Shown here piece after piece: positions 26,110-32,000 of a DNA stretch of 32,000 bases. The DNA is from Opitutia bacterium KCR 482 (GTDB lineage: Bacteria > Verrucomicrobiota > Verrucomicrobiia > Opitutales > Intestinicryptomonadaceae). Each line of letters opens with the position of its first letter. Position 1 is the first letter of the stretch. Position numbers and translations under genes: made by a program. Under the pieces are notes generated by a model that ran no database searches, had not been told where the DNA came from, and saw nothing but the letters and a program-made list of their open reading frames with translations. The stretch lies in assembly GCA_029269845.2 (NCBI GenBank), contig CP149973.1:1620001-1652000 (forward strand), written 5' to 3'.

Positions 26110-27297
26110 ATGTCAAAAAGACCTCTAAACGTCGGATTAATCGGCGGCGGTTGCGGCGCGTTCATCGCGCAACCCCACCAAAAGGCAATATTCTCGGACG
26201 GCACCCGCAGAGTCGCCGCCGGGGCGCTCCACCCGAATCCCGAAGTCGCGATGAAGGAAGCCGAAAATTGGCCGTACCCCATCAAGGGCTATCCGTCGTA
26301 CGTCGAAATGATTGAGGACCAGAAGAACCTCCCCGAAGACCAGCGTCTCGACTACGTCCTCATCGTAACCCCAAACTTTGTGCACTTCGACCCCGCAATG
26401 AAGGCAATCGAGGCGGGAATTCCGGTCATGTGCGAAAAGCCCCTTACAATCAACCTCGAACAGGCGGACGCGCTCGTTGCAGCCGCCACCGCAAAGGGTC
26501 TGCCGTTTGCCGTAGCGCACACATACCTAGGCCACTGGTCGTCGTGGTTCTCGCGCTTCGTGGTGACAAGCGGTTTGCTCGGCGACGTTCGCTGGGTGGA
26601 TTCGTCCTACATTCAGGGTTGGCTCGCGAAGAAGATTGAACAACAGGGCGGCGAAAGCGGCGCGGACTGGCGCACAGACCCCAAGCGTTCGGGCGGCTCG
26701 CTCTGCTGCGGCGACATCGGCACTCACGCGCTCATGCAGCTGCGCTTCGTGACGGGTCTCGACGTAACCCGCGTTTCGGCGCACTTCGAAACTTTCGTAA
26801 AGAGCCGTCTGCTCGACGACCACGCAACCGTCTACTGCGAACTCTCCAACGGCGGCAGGGGCATGGTCAGAGCCTCGCAGGTTTGCATCGGCCACAAGAA
26901 CGACATGGCAATCGAAGTCGCGGGCACTAAGGGCACGCTTGTATGGCGTCAGGAAGAGCCCGAAAAGGTCGTCATCATGCTGGCGGGACAGCCCGACCGC
27001 GTTTACTGGCGCGGCGACGTCCAGCCCAACGACGGCTTCCTCGGCGACGTTCCCGAATGGCTGCTCAAAGAACCGCGCATTCCGTCGGGACACCCCGAAG
27101 GCTTCCACGACGCCTACGCGCGTCTGCACCGCGAGTTCGAAAAGGACATTCGCGCATGGAAGGAAGGCAAGCCCTTCTCGTACGAACACACCCGCTACGC
27201 CACCGTCCTCGACGGCAGAATGGGCTTGGCGTTCGTAGACGCGTCCATCAAGAGCAACGCCAAGGAAGGCGCTTGGGAACCCGTCAAGCTCAGCTAA
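26110..27297 (+). CDS. Gfo/Idh/MocA-family NAD(P)-dependent oxidoreductase
   Basis: The internal ATG at 26110 is preceded by aaaaggaaaaa. MSKRPLNVGLIGGGCGAFIAQPH (Rossmann GxGxxG) ...YVLIVTPNFVHFDPAMKAIEAGIPVMCEKPLT.. is the family EKP motif. Confidence 0.9.
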   Translation: MSKRPLNVGLIGGGCGAFIAQPHQKAIFSDGTRRVAAGALHPNPEVAMKEAENWPYPIKGYPSYVEMIEDQKNLPEDQRLDYVLIVTPNFVHFDPAMKAIEAGIPVMCEKPLTINLEQADALVAAATAKGLPFAVAHTYLGHWSSWFSRFVVTSGLLGDVRWVDSSYIQGWLAKKIEQQGGESGADWRTDPKRSGGSLCCGDIGTHALMQLRFVTGLDVTRVSAHFETFVKSRLLDDHATVYCELSNGGRGMVRASQVCIGHKNDMAIEVAGTKGTLVWRQEEPEKVVIMLAGQPDRVYWRGDVQPNDGFLGDVPEWLLKEPRIPSGHPEGFHDAYARLHREFEKDIRAWKEGKPFSYEHTRYATVLDGRMGLAFVDASIKSNAKEGAWEPVKLS

Positions 27298-27313
27298 TAA
27301 AACTTGCATACTC

Positions 27314-27357
27314 CGACTCCGCGCGGGCAAAACGCCCACGCGGCGTCGCTGTTTTTT
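27314..27357 (+). terminator. Rho-independent terminator after the oxidoreductase gene
   Basis: cgac-t-ccgcgcgggc-aaaac-gcccacgcgg-c-gtcg (13 paired positions in a 15-position stem, two internal mismatches) followed by ctg and T6. Confidence 0.7.
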
Positions 27358-27562
27358 GGACAAAAAAGCGGTGCTGGACAGGAAAGTTGAGAAAATTTCG
27401 AAATTCTTAGAAAATCGCGTTTTAATTTTGTTGACATTCCCGCAGGCTAAATAAGCTTTTACGCCTTGTAATTGATTTCGGGCATGCGTACGCGCTCCGC
27501 AGGCGGGGTTCGGAAAAATTTGCCCGGGGCATCTATTTCACAACAATAAAATATATCAAACC

Positions 27563-27916
27563 ATGCAAAATCTTACTAAAAGAGAAATTGTGCAAAGAAT
27601 TTATCAGGACAAAGAGGAATGCCGCCGCGGCGACATTCTCCAAAACGATGTAAAAGACATCGTCCAGCGCACGCTCGACATTCTTTCGGAATCGCTCGCG
27701 CAGGGCAAAAACGTAGAGCTTAGAAACTTCGGCGTGCTCGAAGTTCAGGTTCGCAAGCCCCGCGTCGGCAGAAACCCCACGAAGCCCGACCACGACGTCG
27801 TTATTCCCAAGCGCGCAATCGTCAAGTTCAAGGCGGGCAAGGAATTGAAGGCGGCCCTCAAAAACCTCGACCTTTCGCTCGTCGAGGAAAGCAAGGCCGC
27901 CCGCGCCAGAAAGTAG
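27563..27916 (+). CDS. HU/IHF-family DNA-binding protein
   Basis: 117 aa. LTKREIVQRIY...VKDIVQRTLDILSESLAQGKNVELRNFGVLEVQVRKPRVGRNPTKPDHDVVIPKRAIVKFKAGKELK is the classical IHF/HU fold including the RNP arm motif. Confidence 0.9.
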   Translation: MQNLTKREIVQRIYQDKEECRRGDILQNDVKDIVQRTLDILSESLAQGKNVELRNFGVLEVQVRKPRVGRNPTKPDHDVVIPKRAIVKFKAGKELKAALKNLDLSLVEESKAARARK

Positions 27917-27922
27917 GCTTTT

Positions 27923-29218
27923 ATGTTTAAAACGCTGCCGGGGTTCAGGGAGTTTTATCCCGAAGATTGCGCCAAAAAGAACTATATTTTCGGCGTCTGG
28001 CGGCGCGCGGCGCGCTCGTTCGGCTTTTCCGAGTTCGAGCCGCCCGTTCTCGAACAGCTCGACCTCTTCACCGAAAAAAGCGGCGAGGAAATCAAGTCGC
28101 AGCTGTTCGAATTTGTGGACAAGGGCGGCAGGGCGGTTTCGCTCCGTCCCGAAATGACGCCGTCGCTCGCCCGCATGGTCGGCGCGAAGGCGGCGGGAAT
28201 CAGACGCCCAGTAAAGTGGTTTGCGATAGGCGAGAACTACCGCTACGAACGCCAGCAAAAGGGCAGGCTCCGCGCGTTCTTCCAGTACAACGCCGACATT
28301 CTCGGAGAGGAGTCTCTCGATGCCGACGCCGAGGTTATCGCGCTTCTGATAGAATCGCTCCGCGGCTTCGGGCTGACGGAAAACGAGTTCAAACTGCGCC
28401 TCGGCGACAGAACCCTCTGGGTGCTTTTCCTCGAAAGCGCGGGCGTTCCCGACGCGAAAATCATTTCCGTGCTTTCGGTAATCGACAAGCTCGAAAAGGT
28501 TTCGCCCGAAGCCCTGCGCGAAATGACGGTCGCCGCGCTCGACGGCACGGGGCTTGACGCCGACGCGCTTGTCGGCAAAATCAAAAATTTCATTTCGCTT
28601 CGTGATTTGGACTCGATGCGGGCGGCATTCGACGCCGACGGCGAACTCGCCGAACGCGTCGACGCAAGAATAGCCGACTGGCGCAAGCTTGTGTCGATTC
28701 TCGAATCGCTCGGCGTGGGCGCGTTCATCTCGCCCGATTTGGGCATTGTGCGCGGCTTGGCGTACTACACGGGCTTCGTGTTCGAGGCGTTCCAGACGGC
28801 CGGCACGGGGCGCGCGCTCGCGGGCGGCGGACGCTACGACAACCTCGTAAAAAAACTCGGCTATCAGGACATGCCGGCAGTCGGTTTCGGCATGGGCGAC
28901 GTCACGGTTTCCGATTTGCTCGAACTCGTCGGCAAGTCGGGCGAATTGCGCGACGCCCCCGACGCGTATTTCGTGATAGGCTCGGAAAACGTCCGCCCGA
29001 AGGCTTTGGAGATAATCTCCGCGCTCCGCAGGTCGGGCGTCAAGACCGACTACCCGCTCAAACAGGCGTCGTTCGGCAAGCAGTTCAAGCAGGCGGACGC
29101 CGTGGGTGCGGCAAAGGCGTACATTTTGGGCGACGACGAACTCGCGCAGGGAATCGTAAAAATCAAGGATTTGAAATCGGGCGAAACGTCCGCTGTTGCG
29201 CTAAGCTCGCTGCTTTGA
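27923..29218 (+). CDS. hisS: histidine--tRNA ligase
   Basis: 431 aa. ..LPGFREFYPED......FGFSEFEPPVLE...F..KSGEEI..QLFEF.DKGGR.VSLRPEMTPS.AR.. shows class II motifs with a C-terminal anticodon-binding domain. It starts 6 nt after the HU/IHF stop. Confidence 0.95.
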   Translation: MFKTLPGFREFYPEDCAKKNYIFGVWRRAARSFGFSEFEPPVLEQLDLFTEKSGEEIKSQLFEFVDKGGRAVSLRPEMTPSLARMVGAKAAGIRRPVKWFAIGENYRYERQQKGRLRAFFQYNADILGEESLDADAEVIALLIESLRGFGLTENEFKLRLGDRTLWVLFLESAGVPDAKIISVLSVIDKLEKVSPEALREMTVAALDGTGLDADALVGKIKNFISLRDLDSMRAAFDADGELAERVDARIADWRKLVSILESLGVGAFISPDLGIVRGLAYYTGFVFEAFQTAGTGRALAGGGRYDNLVKKLGYQDMPAVGFGMGDVTVSDLLELVGKSGELRDAPDAYFVIGSENVRPKALEIISALRRSGVKTDYPLKQASFGKQFKQADAVGAAKAYILGDDELAQGIVKIKDLKSGETSAVALSSLL

Positions 29219-29247
29219 GCTTCGGCGCACGCGCCGTTTTACAGGAC

Positions 29248-29279
29248 ACTCCGCGCCGACAGGTTGCGGAGTTTTTTTT
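29248..29279 (+). terminator. Rho-independent terminator after hisS
   Basis: actccgc-gccgacaggtt-gcggagt followed by T8. Confidence 0.8.
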
Positions 29280-29406
29280 CGCCGCAAATTTGGCGCGGGG
29301 CCATGCTCGGGCGCGGGGAGGGCGGCGCGGAGGAAAGAGCTGCGATTCTTTTAATTTTTCATGCTTGCTTTTCTTTGTCCGTTTATTATAAATTATAGAG
29401 CATTAG

Positions 29407-31374
29407 ATGAAGATTGATTTAAACAAAAAAACGCTTCTTGCGCTGTCGGCAATTTCCGCGCTTTTCCTTTGCGGGTGCGATTTCGGCGGCGCGGACGCCG
29501 CTGGCAAGTCCGCCGATTCGGCGGAGTCGGCGAAAATTTCGGCGGCGGCGAAAAAATATTTTCCCGACAGCCCCGAACTCCAATCGGAGTGGATTCGCAG
29601 ACAGACCGACGCGCGCGCGGAGCTGTCGCGCTTTCTGCCGAACATATCGGTTGCGGACTTCGCGGAAATCCGCGACAGGGCGGCGGCAAAGTTTCCCGAC
29701 AACTACGCGGAGAGACTCGCCTACACGGTTGAGCAGTGCGACTATTGCGCGGCGGCGGCTTCGGCGTATTCCGCGCTTTCGCAAAGCGACGCCGCGTTTG
29801 TGCGCAAGCTCGCCGAAGCCCGCTACCCCGACGACTACAAGGGGCGGTGCGCCTACGCTGCGGGCTGGCGCGAGGCGTTGTCCGAGCTTGACTACAAACT
29901 GAAACAGTTCCCGTCGGAGGAGTTCGAGCCTCTGCGCGCGCGGGCGATTGCCGCGGCTGGCGGAGACTCCGCAAAAGCCGTAAAACTGCTGGAAGCGCAG
30001 GCGAGGGCAAAGCGCGAGTTCGACTCGTTCCGTCCGCGCAGCATCTCGGTTGCGACGCTCGAAAATTTGAAGAGCGCGGCGATGTCGGAATCCGCCGACT
30101 ATGCGGAGCGGCTCGCATCTCTCAAACGCGCGGTTGTAGGGGCGGCGAACCCGAAGCGGGATTCGGGCGCGTCGGATTCTGAAAGCGCGCCGCCGCTCTC
30201 CCGTGCGGAGAGGATTTTCGCAAAGTCGCTCTTCACAAAACGAGGCGTCGAAAACGAAATCCACGCGGCGGTGCTCGCAAAATTCAAGGGCAGGACGGTC
30301 GTGCTGTGCACAAAGGAATTCATGCCCGAAAAATTCCCCGTGGTGTTCGCAAACGCGGCGGGAAAAGTGTCGTGCTCGCGCGCGTTCGTTTCGGACGAGC
30401 TTCCGCTGCTAATGCTCGTGCCCGATTCCGTGCCGCAGTCGCTCGAAGCCTTGGAGATTGCCGACGACTCCGAAGTCCGCATGGGCGCGGAGCTTCTGGC
30501 GGTCGCCCCCGACGGCGGCGGATTCCGCTCTCTGGGAGTTTCGGTGTTTTCGGCGGACGAAAAATACCTCAACCTCACCGCCGACACGAACCCGCGCGTT
30601 TCGCATAAAATCGACGTAAAACACGTCGGCAGGGACGCAAAGACTTTCGTTTCGGTCTCGGAAATTTCGGAGGTCGGTGACGACGCCGTGGCGGTTGACG
30701 CGAAGACGGGGAAGCTTGTCTCGTTCTCGGTCAGGATATACAATCCGGGGGTGCTGTCGCACCACGGAAAGACGGGGTCAATCATCGGGCACGAAAATTC
30801 GCCCATTCCCGACTTCACGACTTTCGTAAGGCAGTTCGACGGCAGCGTGAACAAGACTTTCGTTCCGTTCAGCTCGATACGCTTCGTCCGCATGGGTGCG
30901 TTGGAAAAATGGAAGCCGCTCGACATCGCAAAATTCGCCCGCCAGAAAAACGAAATCAGGATTCTTACCGACGAAAACAACGACTTCATGATGTTTTTCA
31001 AAAACAACACATTCGGCGAGGCGTTGCGGTCGCGCAGGCTCGGCACAATCGCGGAGCGGTACAAAAAGCCGTTTCTGCACGACAGGCTCAGCCGCGAGTC
31101 CTACGAACGCTCTTACAGAAACTACATGATTGAAGTTTCGTTCGCGCTCAAACGCGAGCTTCAGCACTACGCCAATCCCGACGCATTCTACTCGATTTAC
31201 AGGCAGGAGCTTCTCTACCAGCTGAAACTCCGCCGCTCGATGTACGAATACCTCGCGGAGGGAGTCAAGGACACGAACATCGTAAACATTCTCCACACGG
31301 ACCTCGCAACCCGATACGACAACTGCGGCGTGAACACCGAGCGCGTCGGCGGTTCCATCGGGGGCGGATATTGA
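29407..31374 (+). CDS. hypothetical lipoprotein with five N-terminal helical repeats of about 45 aa and a large uncharacterised C-terminal region
   Basis: Signal peptide plus lipobox-like ALFLCGC. Repeats: AAAKKYFPDSPELQSEWIRRQ; IRDRAAAKFPDNYAERLAYTVEQ; VRKLAEARYPDDYKGRCAYAAGW; LRARAIAAAGGDSAKAVKLLEAQ; LKSAAMSESADYAERLASLKR. Amino-acid composition is normal and there is no better competing frame. Confidence 0.8.
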   Translation: MKIDLNKKTLLALSAISALFLCGCDFGGADAAGKSADSAESAKISAAAKKYFPDSPELQSEWIRRQTDARAELSRFLPNISVADFAEIRDRAAAKFPDNYAERLAYTVEQCDYCAAAASAYSALSQSDAAFVRKLAEARYPDDYKGRCAYAAGWREALSELDYKLKQFPSEEFEPLRARAIAAAGGDSAKAVKLLEAQARAKREFDSFRPRSISVATLENLKSAAMSESADYAERLASLKRAVVGAANPKRDSGASDSESAPPLSRAERIFAKSLFTKRGVENEIHAAVLAKFKGRTVVLCTKEFMPEKFPVVFANAAGKVSCSRAFVSDELPLLMLVPDSVPQSLEALEIADDSEVRMGAELLAVAPDGGGFRSLGVSVFSADEKYLNLTADTNPRVSHKIDVKHVGRDAKTFVSVSEISEVGDDAVAVDAKTGKLVSFSVRIYNPGVLSHHGKTGSIIGHENSPIPDFTTFVRQFDGSVNKTFVPFSSIRFVRMGALEKWKPLDIAKFARQKNEIRILTDENNDFMMFFKNNTFGEALRSRRLGTIAERYKKPFLHDRLSRESYERSYRNYMIEVSFALKRELQHYANPDAFYSIYRQELLYQLKLRRSMYEYLAEGVKDTNIVNILHTDLATRYDNCGVNTERVGGSIGGGY

Positions 31375-31384
31375 GGGCAAATCC

Positions 31385-32000
31385 ATGAAAAATCTGCTGT
31401 TGATTCTTCTGCTCGCCGCAATCGGCGGCTGGTACTGCTACGACAAATACGGAAAAACCGCCGCCCCGCGGGGCGACTCCGCCGAGGTCTCCGACCCGCT
31501 CGCCGCCGAAATCCGCGCCCGCGCAAAAACGCTCTTCCCGACGAGGGAGGGCGACCGAAACGCTTGGATTTCGCGCCAAGTTGCGGCAATGCATGCGCTG
31601 GAATCCCGCGCGGAGGGGCTGTCGAAAAAGGATTTCGACTCAATCATGGACGCCGCCCGCCAACGCTACGGCGCGGACTACGAAAAACGGCTCGAATACG
31701 TTTCAAAGCAGAGAACCGCGGCAATCGACGTTGCGAACATCGAGGCGTCGCTCAAAATTCCGCCCGACGCGCTCGCCGAGCTTTCCGCGCGTTTCAGGGA
31801 GGCGTGCGAAGGCGACTTCTGCGCCATGCGCTCGGCGTATTCGGAGGTGTCTTCCGCGCTTTCGGAAATCGCGCGGAAGTCGGCGTCGCTGCCGGCGTCC
31901 GACGCGAAGAAACTCGCGGCAAAAACCGTTCCGCTGCTGCTGAAAAATCCCGTCCGCGCCGTGGAATTTTTCGACGCGCAGGCTTTGGCGCGGCACAACT
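31385..32000 (+). CDS. hypothetical membrane-anchored paralogue of the preceding lipoprotein (3' end outside the window)
   Basis: Not in the ORF track because it has no stop. I translated it by hand from the ATG at 31385 (GAGGG 7 nt upstream) and it stays open to base 32000. MKNLLLILLLAAIGGWYCYDKYGK...AAEIRARAKTLFPTREGDRNAWISRQ...IMDAARQRYGADYEKRLEYVSKQ... is colinear with repeats 1-3 of 29407..31374. Confidence 0.7.
   Translation, partial: MKNLLLILLLAAIGGWYCYDKYGKTAAPRGDSAEVSDPLAAEIRARAKTLFPTREGDRNAWISRQVAAMHALESRAEGLSKKDFDSIMDAARQRYGADYEKRLEYVSKQRTAAIDVANIEASLKIPPDALAELSARFREACEGDFCAMRSAYSEVSSALSEIARKSASLPASDAKKLAAKTVPLLLKNPVRAVEFFDAQALARHN

Overview
This is a GC-rich bacterial chromosomal window with strong G/C third-position bias, which produces many long antisense shadow ORFs. 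Most of it is housekeeping. Left to right: the 3' part of hrpB; comM/yifB coupled to an NCS2 purine permease; pncC-sppA; a DUF1805 gene; a META-domain lipoprotein plus an ABM monooxygenase; an NHS-family nucleoside transporter; rpoZ; smpB-trmL. Then a minus-strand block of tRNA-Val, tRNA-Leu and metX-metW-clpP(ClpP1-like)-PepSY-like, followed by hisI and dnaN with an unknown membrane protein. After that come a secreted transglutaminase-like protein plus lpxK, eno, a Gfo/Idh/MocA oxidoreductase, HU/IHF-hisS, and two tandem paralogous envelope proteins running off the right edge. The Chlamydia-type ClpP1 similarity suggests a PVC-superphylum organism, but this is inference only. The most unusual coding locus is at 20.9-24.5 kb on the minus strand. 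It holds two small proteins and the N-terminus of a P-type ATPase that all carry a cysteine-free HMA-like domain with a G-R-x-R-[IV] motif. The ATPase has S-C-G where P1B pumps normally have C-P-C, and a small membrane protein with a Lys/Arg-rich tail follows. This looks like a compact ferrosome-type (fez-like, P1B-6 ATPase) cluster, or a variant of one. The most unusual noncoding locus is the 640-bp gap at 6766-7406. It contains four degenerate tandem hairpin modules ending at a small intrinsic terminator, then a roughly 200-nt chain of eight short hairpins that includes a 17-bp direct repeat pair. I cannot assign either part to any RNA family I know. I saw no CRISPR array, transposase, integrase, reverse transcriptase or recognisable defence gene. 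Four-base ATGA start/stop overlaps are very frequent.
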